A stretch of 64,000 nt of DNA from assembly GCF_003334335.1 (NCBI RefSeq), contig NZ_QOWQ01000010.1; one strand, written 5' to 3'. Shown here piece after piece: positions 53,348 to 64,000 of this stretch (position 1 is its first letter; every line of letters begins with the position of its first letter). Both the position numbers and the translations under genes were made by a program. The notes under the pieces are model-generated. The model was not told where the DNA came from and made no database searches. It saw only the letters and a list, made by a program, of their open reading frames with translations. This DNA is from Escherichia coli. GTDB lineage: Bacteria > Pseudomonadota > Gammaproteobacteria > Enterobacterales > Enterobacteriaceae.

Positions 53348-54103
53348 TTAGGTGTTAATTAAACAAATAAAGTTACTGTGCAGCCATAAAAATGAAGCCG
53401 GGATAGCGGTAGAGACTTTAGCCGTGAGAAAACGATCTGTCGCATCCTGCTTTCCTTCGCCAGTCACCAGTAACAAAACTTCGCGGGCATTGAGAATATC
53501 CTTCAGGCCTAAGGTGATCCCACGAGTCACGGGGCGACCCGCGGTTTTTAACATCTCATGTTGCTGTGTTCTGGCATCAAGTTGACTGATATGGCAGGCC
53601 GGTTGCAGGCTTTCTCCCGGTTCGTTCAGCCCAAGATGACCGTTTTTCCCCAATCCGAGAACGCATAAATCCAGACCGCCTTTGCGCGCAATCAGGTTCG
53701 TTACCCGTTCGCACTCTGTCTCATTTATCTCTTCGGAGCGAAAGCTGATGAGCTGGTCTTCACGTAGCCCCAGCGGCTGCACGATATGCTGTTGCAGGAA
53801 AGTTTCGCAGGTGCCTGGCATCGTTAATGGCAGATCCACCCATTCGTCGAGCTTCACGAAGGTGAGCTGGCTGACATCAACCTGCTGCTGGTGGATTTTT
53901 TCTACCAGATAATGATACGTCAGTAATGGCGTGGCTCCGGTCGCCAGGCAAATCACGGCATTCGGTTTGCTACGGATCACGGCCAATAAATATTCGCTGG
54001 CACGTTCACTTAACGCCGTATAGTTTTCAACTTGCTGAAGGGTTTGCACAGGATGAAATTCCTTAAGTAAAGAGGCACCACCAGACGCAGTGCCTCGTTC
54101 CAT
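53348..54103 (-). CDS. agaI: Putative galactosamine-6-phosphate deaminase/isomerase AgaI
   Basis: 251-aa ORF of the NagB/glucosamine-6-P deaminase family; last gene of agaS operon. Confidence 0.9.
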   Translation of the reverse strand: MERGTASGGASLLKEFHPVQTLQQVENYTALSERASEYLLAVIRSKPNAVICLATGATPLLTYHYLVEKIHQQQVDVSQLTFVKLDEWVDLPLTMPGTCETFLQQHIVQPLGLREDQLISFRSEEINETECERVTNLIARKGGLDLCVLGLGKNGHLGLNEPGESLQPACHISQLDARTQQHEMLKTAGRPVTRGITLGLKDILNAREVLLLVTGEGKQDATDRFLTAKVSTAIPASFLWLHSNFICLINT

Positions 54104-54895
54104 TTACAAAATGCCGAATGCGGAACAAACAATAGAGAGCACAAAAGTCACGCCGATTAACAGCACCGGATGCGCTTTTTTCACCCGCAGGAAGTAATAC
54201 ATCAGCAGGGTGTAGGCCATCGGTAAAATGTTCGGGAAGACTTTATCGAAGAAATCCTGCTGCAGCGCAACGCTGTGGGTATTGTCGATGGCAAACGATG
54301 TCACCACGTTAATATGCACATACGAAGCGATCAGCCCGCCGATTACCGTGATCCCGAGGATGGTTGCCGAACGGGCAATCATCTGCGAGTTCTCTCGCAC
54401 TTTATCGATCGCCTTCACGCCGACTGAATAACCGACGTGGGTCCAGCCGACGCGCAGGAAAAAGATAAGCAGGTAAACGGCGAAAAATAGAATCGGCCCC
54501 AGCAGGTTTCCCTGGCTGGCAAATGATGAGCAAATTCCCGCCATAATCGGCAACAAAGTAAACCAGAAAATCGCATCGCCAATCCCGGCGATTGGGCCAA
54601 ACAGTGCCACTTTGAGGCCTTTAATGGTGTCGCGGTTTTCTCCTTTTTCTTCCATCGAAATTAATAACCCCATCAGGAATCCGACCAGATTCGGGTGGGT
54701 ATTAATAAATTCGAGGTTATCTTTCATCGCCGCGCTTAAGCCCGGTTTGTCGTCCTTATAAATCTTTTTCAGGATCGGCAACATCGCCCAGGTAAAACCG
54801 CCCGCCTGCATCCTTTCGTAGTTAAAGCTCGCTTGCAGCAGCGACGAACGAAAGCCCAGACGGGTGATATCTTTTTTACTGATTTCAGATCCCAT
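54104..54895 (-). CDS. agaD: GalNAc/GalN PTS EIID component AgaD
   Basis: ORF-track 54104..55042 trimmed to ATG 54895 (MGSEISKKDITRLGFRSSLLQASFNYERMQ), 263 aa, mannose-family IID. Confidence 0.9.
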   Translation of the reverse strand: MGSEISKKDITRLGFRSSLLQASFNYERMQAGGFTWAMLPILKKIYKDDKPGLSAAMKDNLEFINTHPNLVGFLMGLLISMEEKGENRDTIKGLKVALFGPIAGIGDAIFWFTLLPIMAGICSSFASQGNLLGPILFFAVYLLIFFLRVGWTHVGYSVGVKAIDKVRENSQMIARSATILGITVIGGLIASYVHINVVTSFAIDNTHSVALQQDFFDKVFPNILPMAYTLLMYYFLRVKKAHPVLLIGVTFVLSIVCSAFGIL

Positions 54896-55688
54896 TGCTG
54901 TAGTCCTCTTCTTCATTTTTACTGGCAACGGGCTGCGGTTGCGCTTGCTGCCGGGATTTCGCATTGAAAAACTCATACACCGCAAAGCCTGCGCCCAGTA
55001 CGGCAACCGGCAACAGGTTGCTGACCTGGATGTAGCAAACAAACAGGAAACCGGCGATCAGGTAAGGGATATATTGCGCTTTGAACATTACGCGCAGCAG
55101 CAAGCCAAAACCAACGGCAGGCAGAATACCGCCAGCCACTTCAAAGCCGTGGGTCAGCCAGGCGGGCATCGCTTTCACCAGCGCCTGCATCGCCCCCTGT
55201 GCCAGGTAAGTACAGAGGAAAGCAATCACCGCATACGCTGAAGCGACGATGAGCATCGTTGTCCAGTTAAGCCGGGAAAACGCTGCCGTATCCGCCTCTT
55301 TCGCGCATTTATCGGCTTTGGTCATAAATAATGAGAAAGCGGAATAGAAGAACAGAATGACGTACTGCATTAACAAACTAAACGGCAGGCCAAGACCAAT
55401 TGCTGTTTTGGCATCAACGCCCGTAGACCATGCAATGACGGTGGTCATCAGACCCGCCATAATCGGGTTGGGCGGCTGAACACCACCTGCAGGGGTTAAT
55501 CCGGCGAAAGCCAACTCTGTCAGACCACCGGTAATTAAGCCAGTCTGAATATCACCGAGAATAGCGCCAGTTAGGGTACAAACGATTATCGGGCGGAATA
55601 AAAATAAGGCTTCCAGCCAAAAATCAATCCCCAGAACAAAAACTAACGCCGCCAGGGATAATCCCTGAAGTAGGGTTATTTCATGCAT
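54885..55688 (-). CDS. agaC: GalNAc/GalN PTS EIIC component AgaC
   Basis: 267-aa membrane ORF, mannose-family IIC. Confidence 0.9.
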   Translation of the reverse strand: MHEITLLQGLSLAALVFVLGIDFWLEALFLFRPIIVCTLTGAILGDIQTGLITGGLTELAFAGLTPAGGVQPPNPIMAGLMTTVIAWSTGVDAKTAIGLGLPFSLLMQYVILFFYSAFSLFMTKADKCAKEADTAAFSRLNWTTMLIVASAYAVIAFLCTYLAQGAMQALVKAMPAWLTHGFEVAGGILPAVGFGLLLRVMFKAQYIPYLIAGFLFVCYIQVSNLLPVAVLGAGFAVYEFFNAKSRQQAQPQPVASKNEEEDYSNGI

Positions 55689-55726
55689 TTTTATTACCTC
55701 AAACCAATATTAAGGCGATTTTAGAT

Positions 55727-56203
55727 TTAGTCAGGGATTTGTTCTTTTTGATCGCCAGGGACGTCCTGAATGAAAACATTCACGCCACGTTGTTTAATAA
55801 AACGTAAGTCCGTGAGATCCTGGTCATCGACATAAACTTTACTGCTGATTTGCTTTTTCCCTTCCGAGAAATGCATATTGCCGACGTTGACATCTTTCAG
55901 GTCAATACCACCTTCTACCAATTTACGTACCGTTTGTGGCGTACGGCAAATCAGGAAGATCTTCTGATGTGGTGCAGCTTTGCCGATGACGTTAATGGTT
56001 TTTTCGATAGTAAAGAAACGAATGCCAAAGCCGTAGGTTTCCGCGGTAATACCCATTAATTTCTGTTGAATATCATCGTTAGCGACAACATCATCCACGA
56101 CTACCAGCAGATTTGCACCGATGGTGGATGTCCAGGTCACGCCAACCTGACCGTGAACCAGACGGTTATCAATACGGGTTAAGAGAATATTTGGACTGGT
56201 CAT
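55727..56203 (-). CDS. agaB: GalNAc/GalN PTS EIIB component AgaB
   Basis: 158-aa ORF MTSPNILLTRIDNRLVHGQVGVTW..., mannose-family IIB with phospho-histidine motif. Confidence 0.92.
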   Translation of the reverse strand: MTSPNILLTRIDNRLVHGQVGVTWTSTIGANLLVVVDDVVANDDIQQKLMGITAETYGFGIRFFTIEKTINVIGKAAPHQKIFLICRTPQTVRKLVEGGIDLKDVNVGNMHFSEGKKQISSKVYVDDQDLTDLRFIKQRGVNVFIQDVPGDQKEQIPD

Positions 56204-56369
56204 TGTGTAATCCTCACCATAAAGTTGAATAATATAATTTTTTTAAATATATTATTGTTGCGATATTGTAGTGATGTATTTATTAAGGTTTAGTTATCTC
56301 CTTTTCCATTAAGGCACTCCCCGATATTAATCGGGAAGTACATTGGGATAAATCATAAAAAACTAATGA

Positions 56370-57242
<873 letters not shown>

Positions 57243-58397
57243 TTATGCCTGCCACGGATGAATGATTACGCCTTGCACCACGCGGTTAACGGTGCCACTG
57301 GCTGATGGGGTATCCGGCGTATTGCCCATGTGCAGCGACTGCATCAGTGCAAACGTCTGGGCGTACATCAGGAAGCAAAATGCCTGCTCAACGTCGATAA
57401 AGTGACGTGACGGTGGCAGGATGATATGTGGACCGGCAGCGACGATGTCGCTGCTTTCCGCGGCGATGGCGATTACACGCATTGCCTGGTTGTCACGGCG
57501 AAGTTCAGCCAGCAGATCAAGATCATACTGACGGGTGTAAGGGTGGCTGGAGACAAATACCACCACCAGCGTTTCGTCATCGACCAGCGATTTTGGTCCA
57601 TGACGGAATCCGGTTGGAGAATCATAAAAGGCCGCCAGTTTACCCGCCGTCAGTTCCAGCACTTTCAGCGCCGACTCGCGTGCTGCGCCCTGTAAGCCAC
57701 CGCTACCGAGATAAACGATCCGTTTCCACGGTGCGTAACCAAACACACCTTCGCTGAAATCGCCCAGTGAGGTCAGGATCGCCTGGCAACGATCCGCCAC
57801 GTCGCGGAAGGTTTGGCTGTTGATCGTCTCAGGTGCGAAAACCGCGAGGCAGCTGGCCATCATGGTGGTAATGCTGCTGGTCATCGCAAAGCCGCGATCG
57901 TGCGTTTCTGCGGGCATCAGCAGGGCAAACGCGTTATCGCTGTTGATCGCGTTTTGGTAAAGAGCGCCCGCTTCGTTGCAGGTGATCGGCAGGTGATAGC
58001 ATTCCGGTACAAATTGATTTGCCAGTTCCACGGCTGCGACGCTTTCCGGGCTGTTGCCGGATCGACCGAAGGAGATCAACAGCAGCGGATGAGCTGGGTT
58101 CAGGTAGTCCATCGGATTGGTGACCAGATCGGTGGTCGGTACGGCGCTGAAGTTTTTACCGGTATGGCTGGCGAGCCACGGCGCGATGATGTCACCGATA
58201 AATGCCGACGTTCCGGCTCCGGTCAGGATGATCCGCAGATTCTCTTTGCGCAGTAACGGTTCAAGGAAGTTATTGAGCGCGGAACGTAGCGCGTCGATGT
58301 TGGTGAGTGAACGGATCCATGCGCGAGGCTGATGGCGGATCTCTTTTTCAGTCCATGTACCGGTTGCGGCGGCAGCAGGGGTGTAATTTTCTGGCAT
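57243..58397 (-). CDS. agaS: SIS-domain sugar-phosphate isomerase/deaminase AgaS
   Basis: 384-aa ORF with two SIS domains; first gene of agaS-kbaY-agaBCDI. Confidence 0.92.
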   Translation of the reverse strand: MPENYTPAAAATGTWTEKEIRHQPRAWIRSLTNIDALRSALNNFLEPLLRKENLRIILTGAGTSAFIGDIIAPWLASHTGKNFSAVPTTDLVTNPMDYLNPAHPLLLISFGRSGNSPESVAAVELANQFVPECYHLPITCNEAGALYQNAINSDNAFALLMPAETHDRGFAMTSSITTMMASCLAVFAPETINSQTFRDVADRCQAILTSLGDFSEGVFGYAPWKRIVYLGSGGLQGAARESALKVLELTAGKLAAFYDSPTGFRHGPKSLVDDETLVVVFVSSHPYTRQYDLDLLAELRRDNQAMRVIAIAAESSDIVAAGPHIILPPSRHFIDVEQAFCFLMYAQTFALMQSLHMGNTPDTPSASGTVNRVVQGVIIHPWQA

Positions 58398-58439
58398 AAC
58401 TCAATCCTTAGTCTGATGAACTTGACGTCGGGCGTTGTC

Positions 58440-58580
58440 GCTTTCACTTGCCTTTCGTTTCATTTCACTTGGTGATGTCTTTCGTTGATTAAAATCTATA
58501 GAAAAGAAACTGAAAGTTCAATGGAGAAAAAAGAAATAAAACGAAATTTGTGATCGTTGAAAGAAAAGATAAAGGAAGCA
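58440..58580 (-). promoter_or_regulatory. agaS promoter region with candidate AgaR (DeoR-family) operator repeats
   Basis: Repeated CTTTCGTTTCATTTC / AAACGAAA-type motifs (e.g. CCTTTCGTTTCATTTCACTT, AATAAAACGAAATTTGTG) upstream of agaS. Confidence 0.45.
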
Positions 58581-58590
58581 AAAGGGATTG

Positions 58591-58672
58591 CTGGATGCGG
58601 CGCAAACGCTTTATCCGGCCTTGCGGTCACCAACTGTAGGTCGGATAAGACGCGTTAGCGTCGCATCCGACA
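58591..58672. repeat. REP/BIME-type palindromic repeat
   Basis: GGATGCGGCGCAAACGCTTTATCCGGCC...GTAGGTCGGATAAGACGCGTTAGCGTCGCATCCGAC between agaA and the agaS promoter. Confidence 0.65.
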
Positions 58673-58747
58673 CCGCTGCACAGATCAAAACGAAAGAAAA
58701 AGAAAGGCCTTACGGGGGAAGTGAAGGCCCAATAAAGGAGCAAACTA

Positions 58748-59881
58748 TCAAAACGAAGCTAATTGACCCTGAATCCAGATTTGTTGCACATGTAGCCCGC
58801 TATCCAGCGCAACGACGCTGGCGCGTTTGCCCGGTTTAAGCGATCCCAGAACACCATCAACACCCAGCATTCGCGCCGGATGCAGCGACGCCATATGGAT
58901 GGCTTCCGCAGGCGTTACGCCCGTCAACTCGACCATATTGCGCACTGCCGCATCAACAGACAGCGTACTGCCCGCCAGCCCACCAGACGCGGTACGGACA
59001 ACGCCACCGTGCATCTGCACTTCTTCACCACATAACGTATAGCGACCATCCGGCATCCCAGCTGCCTGCATCGCGTCGGTGATCAGTACGATTCTCTCTT
59101 TCGCACAGCAACAACACAGCGACATTGCCGCCGGATGCACATGATGACCATCGGCTATCAGTTCCAGCCAGGCGCGCTTGTCCGTTAATCCCGCGCCAAC
59201 CATTCCCGGTTCGCGGTGATGTAAACCTGTCATCCCGTTATAGCAATGCACCAGGCCGTCGGCACCAGCATCAAATGCGGCGCGGGTTTGTTGCCAGGTC
59301 GCCGCGCTATGCCCCAGCATCACCCTTACGTTTTGCTGTTTAAGATGGCGGATGGCCTGCAATGCCCCTTCTTTTTCCGGTGCCAGCGCTACCACACGTA
59401 AGGTGTGCTGAGAAACGGCAATCAACTGATCCAGCTCGGCAATTTCAAGCTCGCGAAACAACTCCGGCGGATGCGCGCCTTTATTCTGCGGCGTGAAGTA
59501 CGGTCCTTCGAGATAACTCCCCAGCACTTGCGCACCAGGTCCGCCGCGTTGGCAACGTTGAGCAATACGTTTCAGCGCCGCATGAATGGTATTAAGCGGC
59601 GTGGTTACGGTGGTCGGTAACCAACTGCCGACACCTTCGCGTGCCTTGTGCATTGCCAGCTTGTCGAGTACATCCGGCGCGTCATCCATTACATCAACGC
59701 CCGCACCACCGTGTACATGGGTGTCGATGTAAGCAGGGCAGAGCAGTTCCGCATCGCGTTCAGTCACGCCCGCTGGAATCGGTTCGATTGCTGCGATGAC
59801 ACCGTCAGCAATACGCAACTGATGGTCATCGAGCCATCCCTCTTCAGTCAGCAGCCTTCTGGCGCGCAGAACGTGTGTCAT
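58748..59881 (-). CDS. agaA: N-acetylgalactosamine-6-phosphate deacetylase AgaA (full length)
   Basis: ORF-track 58748..59902 trimmed to ATG 59881 (MTHVLRARRLLTEEGWLDDHQLRIADGVI...), 377 aa, NagA-like amidohydrolase; ATG overlaps agaF stop (ATGA). Confidence 0.88.
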   Translation of the reverse strand: MTHVLRARRLLTEEGWLDDHQLRIADGVIAAIEPIPAGVTERDAELLCPAYIDTHVHGGAGVDVMDDAPDVLDKLAMHKAREGVGSWLPTTVTTPLNTIHAALKRIAQRCQRGGPGAQVLGSYLEGPYFTPQNKGAHPPELFRELEIAELDQLIAVSQHTLRVVALAPEKEGALQAIRHLKQQNVRVMLGHSAATWQQTRAAFDAGADGLVHCYNGMTGLHHREPGMVGAGLTDKRAWLELIADGHHVHPAAMSLCCCCAKERIVLITDAMQAAGMPDGRYTLCGEEVQMHGGVVRTASGGLAGSTLSVDAAVRNMVELTGVTPAEAIHMASLHPARMLGVDGVLGSLKPGKRASVVALDSGLHVQQIWIQGQLASF

Positions 59882-60312
59882 ATTCCTTCCTCGACCGGAC
59901 ATTCTTCATGGCAGCGGCCTAACTCGTCCACCAGACTGGTCAGCCCTCGGTGTCCACACTCCAGCGCCTGTACACGGAATTCTTCACCGCTTAACCCTTC
60001 GCGCTCCAGCACCATCTCCAGTAGCAGTTGCAAATTGGTGCCGGTGATCACTTCACAGCCCGGTTTTTGCATCGCCAGCGTTGAAGCTACGCGAAACGGC
60101 GTGCCGCCCAGCAAATCCGTCAGAAAAACAATGCCGTCTTCACAATCCAGTTGGGCGATGGCCTCTTCAAGCTGCGATGTAAGCAGCGCGGTGCTTGAGG
60201 TTTCCGGAAAATCGATGGCGATAAACTGCGATTGCTCACCGAGAATTTGCTTCATTGCTTTTTCCATGCCGCTGGCAAACCCGCCATGCCCTGTCAAAAT
60301 AATACTTAACAT
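59878..60312 (-). CDS. agaF: GalN PTS EIIA component AgaF
   Basis: 144-aa ORF MLSIILTGHGGFASGMEKAMKQILG..., mannose-family IIA. Confidence 0.88.
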   Translation of the reverse strand: MLSIILTGHGGFASGMEKAMKQILGEQSQFIAIDFPETSSTALLTSQLEEAIAQLDCEDGIVFLTDLLGGTPFRVASTLAMQKPGCEVITGTNLQLLLEMVLEREGLSGEEFRVQALECGHRGLTSLVDELGRCHEECPVEEGI

Positions 60313-60329
60313 CTAATACCTCATTGTAT

Positions 60330-61214
60330 TTAAAGGAAATGGCAGAATTTACCGACGATGCCGAGAACCACGGTAACTGCAATCAGACGCAGCGGACTCC
60401 AGCCGCGGCGTACCAACCAAAACATGGTCAGGGTGTAGACCAACGGTAAGAAGGCCGGCATCAGTTTGTCGATAACATCAGCCTGTAACTTAACCACTGC
60501 GTCGCCCGCCGTGATTTCCAGCGTGGTGCTTAAACGAACATAGGTTGCCACCAGCGCACCGATTACCGTCATCCCAACGATAGACGCAGCATGGCCGACT
60601 TTTTTGGTATTCGCTTTAATCAGTGGAATCGCCGCCACGCCCATGCGGTAAGCATAATGCGCCAGACCAAAACGCAGCCCCAGGTGTACCACGTTGAACA
60701 GCACAATAAAGACGACTGCGCCAAGAATGGAGCCTTGCAATGCCAGACTGGCTCCAATCCCGCCACAAATCGGCAGTAGCGTTAGCCAGAACATTGCATC
60801 GCCAATCCCGCCAAGCGGCGCACCGACGGCAATTTTGGTGCTCTGAATACTGTTAACGTCCTGCTTAGAACGCTCCATCGCAAGGATAATGCCGATAACA
60901 AACGTCACCAGAAACGGATGGGTATTGAAGAAACCCATATGCCCCTTCATGGCGCGCGCCAGGTCGCGTTTATTAGTGTGGATCTTTTTCAGAGCAGGCA
61001 GCAGACCGTACAACCAGCCAGAAGCCTGCATACGTTCGTAGTTAAAAGACGCTTGTAACAGCATGGAACGCCAGGCGACGCGGTTGATATCTTTTTTCGT
61101 CAGCTCCGCGCCAATGCTCTGATCTTCATACACGTTTTCATTGACGCCAGTCAGCAATGTTTCTTCGTTTTCACTGACGTTCGGCAGGGTGGTTTGATTA
61201 GATGCCATCTTCAA
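60330..61214 (-). CDS. agaE: GalN PTS EIID component AgaE
   Basis: 294-aa membrane ORF, paralogous to AgaD (shared SLLQASFNYERMQA motif). Confidence 0.88.
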   Translation of the reverse strand: MKMASNQTTLPNVSENEETLLTGVNENVYEDQSIGAELTKKDINRVAWRSMLLQASFNYERMQASGWLYGLLPALKKIHTNKRDLARAMKGHMGFFNTHPFLVTFVIGIILAMERSKQDVNSIQSTKIAVGAPLGGIGDAMFWLTLLPICGGIGASLALQGSILGAVVFIVLFNVVHLGLRFGLAHYAYRMGVAAIPLIKANTKKVGHAASIVGMTVIGALVATYVRLSTTLEITAGDAVVKLQADVIDKLMPAFLPLVYTLTMFWLVRRGWSPLRLIAVTVVLGIVGKFCHFL

Positions 61215-61977
61215 ATTCCTCTTTCTGTGCCGCAGGTTGAGTCGGTTCAGGAGATTTACGCAGCAAGTCGATCAGCGCCATCGCCAGCGCAGCGGCAGCA
61301 ATAGCCAGCACTGGTAACTTGAGCCAGGCGGCGGCAACAAAGCCCAGGATGAAGTAGGGGATGTAGACGTTTTTCATCATGATTTTCAGCAGCACGGCAA
61401 AACCGATTGCTGGCATGATGCCGCCCGCGACGCCGAGGCCGTCGATTAATCGTTGCGGCAGGACATCAATGATGGTTTTTGCATGTTCCGCGCCGAAGTA
61501 GATAGGCAGGAAAGCGCAGAGAAAATAGAAAATGCCGAGTGCCAGCAGTGCCAGATAGTTCACGCGTTCAATGCCGCGAGTATCGGCGTTCTCCGCCATC
61601 CGGTCGCAGCGAGACATCACGCCGGACATCACCGAGAACAGGAAGGTAATCCCCATCTGTACTGCGACAGCGAAAGGTACGGCGACACCTACTGCGACAT
61701 CGGGTTTCACGCCAGTAGTAATGGCAAACGCCGTGCCGACGATAGTACCGATAATCACGTTAGGCGGCTGTGCGCCCGCCAGCGGGGCCAGCCCCATCCA
61801 CACCAGTTCCAGCGTACCGCCGGTTAAAATTCCGGTATGCAGATCGCCAAGTACCAGCCCGACCAACGGGCCGAGGACCACCGGGCGGTGCATATGGGTT
61901 AGGCCGTTAAACATATCCAGGCCAGCGATAAAGGCGATAATGCCCAACGCAAATGCCTGCAACAGGCTGATTTCCAT
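61198..61977 (-). CDS. agaW: GalNAc PTS EIIC component AgaW (full length)
   Basis: 259-aa membrane ORF, paralogous to AgaC. Confidence 0.88.
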   Translation of the reverse strand: MEISLLQAFALGIIAFIAGLDMFNGLTHMHRPVVLGPLVGLVLGDLHTGILTGGTLELVWMGLAPLAGAQPPNVIIGTIVGTAFAITTGVKPDVAVGVAVPFAVAVQMGITFLFSVMSGVMSRCDRMAENADTRGIERVNYLALLALGIFYFLCAFLPIYFGAEHAKTIIDVLPQRLIDGLGVAGGIMPAIGFAVLLKIMMKNVYIPYFILGFVAAAWLKLPVLAIAAAALAMALIDLLRKSPEPTQPAAQKEEFEDGI

Positions 61978-61987
61978 GATGAATCCC

Positions 61988-62461
61988 TCAAAGTAATTTA
62001 AAGAGGTCCACAGCAGGCTCTGTCGGGACGCCCTGAACGAAGCATTCCACCCCAGCGGTTTTCAGGTCGTTAAATGCTGCGATATCGCCCGCATCCACAG
62101 AAACCGTTTTGGCGATTTGTTGTTTGCCATTGGCGTAGTGCATATTGCCAACGTTAATGCGATTCACCGGAACGCCACCTTTCACCAGCGTCAGGAAATC
62201 GGCGGGTGTTTTACAAACCAGCAGGATTTTCTGTCGATCGGCGGCGCGATGAATGTTGTCGATAACTTTTTGCAGCGTCCAGAAACGTACGGCGATCCCT
62301 TCTGCCAGTACCATTTCCATCAGGTTTTGTTGTACCGGATCTTCGGCAACCTCATCGTTGGCTACCAGCACCAGATTTGCCCCCGCAAATCCGACCCATT
62401 GAACGCCGACCTGACCGTGAATCAAGCGTTCATCAATCCGGCTTAAAACAATATTTGGCAT
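61988..62461 (-). CDS. agaV: GalNAc PTS EIIB component AgaV
   Basis: ORF-track 61988..62497 trimmed to ATG 62461 (MPNIVLSRIDERLIHGQVGVQW...), 157 aa, SD AGAGGA upstream. Confidence 0.9.
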   Translation of the reverse strand: MPNIVLSRIDERLIHGQVGVQWVGFAGANLVLVANDEVAEDPVQQNLMEMVLAEGIAVRFWTLQKVIDNIHRAADRQKILLVCKTPADFLTLVKGGVPVNRINVGNMHYANGKQQIAKTVSVDAGDIAAFNDLKTAGVECFVQGVPTEPAVDLFKLL

Positions 62462-62483
62462 AGCGTGTTCCTCTTTGTTTTGC

Positions 62484-63764
62484 TTATTGGCCTTCACAGG
62501 CTGTGTGGTACTGCGCCAGGATGTCCTGAATATGGTTGATAATGAGTTCCCGTGGCGTTGGCTGCAGCTCGCCGGAGCGAACTTTCACGTACTGCAGCGG
62601 CAGATACTGGCTGATCAGCGGCAGCGGAATTGGTGAATCCGCCAGATTACGTACCAGATGAGCGAAAGCGTCATCAATCTGGCTGTCCGGCCAGTAATAG
62701 CGCACGCGATCCGAGTAGCTATAACCACGCGCCAGACGACGCGCGTTGCCGTCACCGTGGTAGTGGCTTTGCCAGTATTCCGGGCGGTCGAGCATCACGT
62801 CTTCCAGCACCTGACGCAGACCAGAACAGGCTTTCGCTGGCACCAGTTCTTCTTCAATCGCCGCCAGAGAGAACAGAGCTTCACGCAGGGCGAAGGTCAG
62901 CGCTGGGCCAACTTTCAGAATGGCAAAGTGGTCAATCACCAGCTGGCGCAGCGATTGCGGCGTTTGATAATCGGTAGAGTGCGCTTCGAAAATCAGCGTT
63001 TCGTAGTTTTCGACCATCTGGCTTAAGGCGCTCGCTTTGGCGGGCTGATAATCAATAACGTTGGTGTGATCGAATTCGACGCCGGGTTGAACCACCAGGG
63101 CAATGATGCGTGGCCAGATGGCATTCAAACCTTGCTTTTCAAAGGCGTGACGATGGGCTTCCAGCGTGGCGCGGGCGGCATCCGGCGTGGTGACCGCCAG
63201 CTCGCTTAAGGTTTCATGCGCGCCGCCAGGTACCGGCACTTCGGTACCAATGACATACTCCAGATCGGCTTCGCCAAAGTGTTCAAGACAGGTTTCTTCC
63301 GCCACTTTCGCCAGACGGGCGGCGCGTTCAGCCACGATGTCATCAGTTAAGGGAATCGGATCGTCCTGACAGGACATGCTGCAATCAAGGTGGATTTTTT
63401 TGAATCCTGCCGCAACGTAGCTTTTAATCAAATCATCGGCATTGGCCATTGCCTGAGCGGCCGGCAGGTTTTGCCAGCGGTTTGGCCCCAGATGGTCACC
63501 ACCCAGAATCAACGCATCCTGCGGGAAATTCAACGAGTCGGCGAGCTGACAAACAAAGCCGCGAAAATCGGCGGGCGTCATTCCGGTATAACCGCCGAAC
63601 TGGTCTACCTGATTGGAGGTTGCTTCAATCAGTAACGGCGTTTGGTTTGCACTGGCGTAGCGGATTGCAGCCTCCAGCACCAGCGGATGTGCGGAACAAA
63701 CGGCATAAATTCCATTTGTTTTGCCCGCTTTGTGCTGTCTCACCATTTCTGTCAGATGTTTCAC
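62484..63764 (-). CDS. kbaZ: Tagatose-bisphosphate aldolase non-catalytic subunit KbaZ (AgaZ)
   Basis: 426-aa [36 protein letters not shown]... initiating at GTG; first gene of kbaZ-agaVWEFA. Confidence 0.92.
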   Translation of the reverse strand: MKHLTEMVRQHKAGKTNGIYAVCSAHPLVLEAAIRYASANQTPLLIEATSNQVDQFGGYTGMTPADFRGFVCQLADSLNFPQDALILGGDHLGPNRWQNLPAAQAMANADDLIKSYVAAGFKKIHLDCSMSCQDDPIPLTDDIVAERAARLAKVAEETCLEHFGEADLEYVIGTEVPVPGGAHETLSELAVTTPDAARATLEAHRHAFEKQGLNAIWPRIIALVVQPGVEFDHTNVIDYQPAKASALSQMVENYETLIFEAHSTDYQTPQSLRQLVIDHFAILKVGPALTFALREALFSLAAIEEELVPAKACSGLRQVLEDVMLDRPEYWQSHYHGDGNARRLARGYSYSDRVRYYWPDSQIDDAFAHLVRNLADSPIPLPLISQYLPLQYVKVRSGELQPTPRELIINHIQDILAQYHTACEGQ

Positions 63765-63779
63765 TTTCCTCTCCAGTTC

Positions 63780-64000
63780 AGATTACTGCGATATTAATCT
63801 TTCGTTTTGTTTCAGTTGATACTGCGTCATGGTGAGATAAAAATAAAACGAAAGATAATAGTTTTCTGATCTGTTTCACAAAAGAAACATAATGAAAGTC
63901 ACTGAAACGAGAGTAGCTTGCGTCAATGGGCAAGGTGGGCTTGCATTTGCTTAATAGAAAGGCGTTAATAGGCAAAACGAAATGAAACGAAAGTTTTACG
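63780..64000. promoter_or_regulatory. kbaZ upstream control region with candidate AgaR operator repeats
   Basis: Multiple copies of TTTCGTTT/AAACGAAA motifs (CTTTCGTTTTGTTTCAG, AAATAAAACGAAAGATAAT, GGCAAAACGAAATGAAACGAAAG) upstream of kbaZ; window ends before any divergent agaR CDS. Confidence 0.45.

Overview
This window reads as a contiguous Escherichia coli-type chromosomal segment, collinear with the mlaF-to-aga region of the K-12 map but in reverse-complement orientation (assignment from my recognition of the translated ORFs, not from a database search). Gene order: mlaFEDCB, ibaG, murA, sfsB, ispB, rplU-rpmA, yhbE, obgE, dacB, greA, yhbY, rlmE-ftsH, folP-glmM, secG, tRNA-Leu (leuU), yhbX, argG, tRNA-fMet (metY), rimP-nusA-infB-rbfA-truB-rpsO-pnp, nlpI, deaD, mtr, yhbW, ubiV-ubiU, ubiT, yhbS, yhbQ, yhbP, yhbO, yraR, yraQ, dolP, diaA, yraN, lpoA, rsmI, the yraHIJK chaperone-usher fimbrial operon, and a complete aga/kba N-acetylgalactosamine/galactosamine cluster (kbaZ-agaVWEFA and agaS-kbaY-agaBCDI). 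I count 64 protein-coding genes, 2 tRNAs, about a dozen rho-independent terminator hairpins, five REP/BIME-type palindromic repeat sites and several promoter or operator candidates. The ORF track uses non-ATG starts, so several starts were trimmed to the ATG/GTG/TTG that matches the remembered N-terminus and a Shine-Dalgarno sequence. I see no CRISPR array, IS element, transposase, integrase, prophage or rRNA gene. On the prompt's suggestion of an undescribed system: I find no inserted block of unrecognisable genes; every sizeable ORF maps to a conserved E. coli gene. The most biologically interesting parts are the ubiT/ubiU-ubiV locus, the uncharacterised yhbS-yhbQ-yhbP-yhbO cluster, the AT-rich yhbX locus, the cryptic yra fimbrial operon, and the intact aga cluster, which shows the source is not K-12 at this locus.
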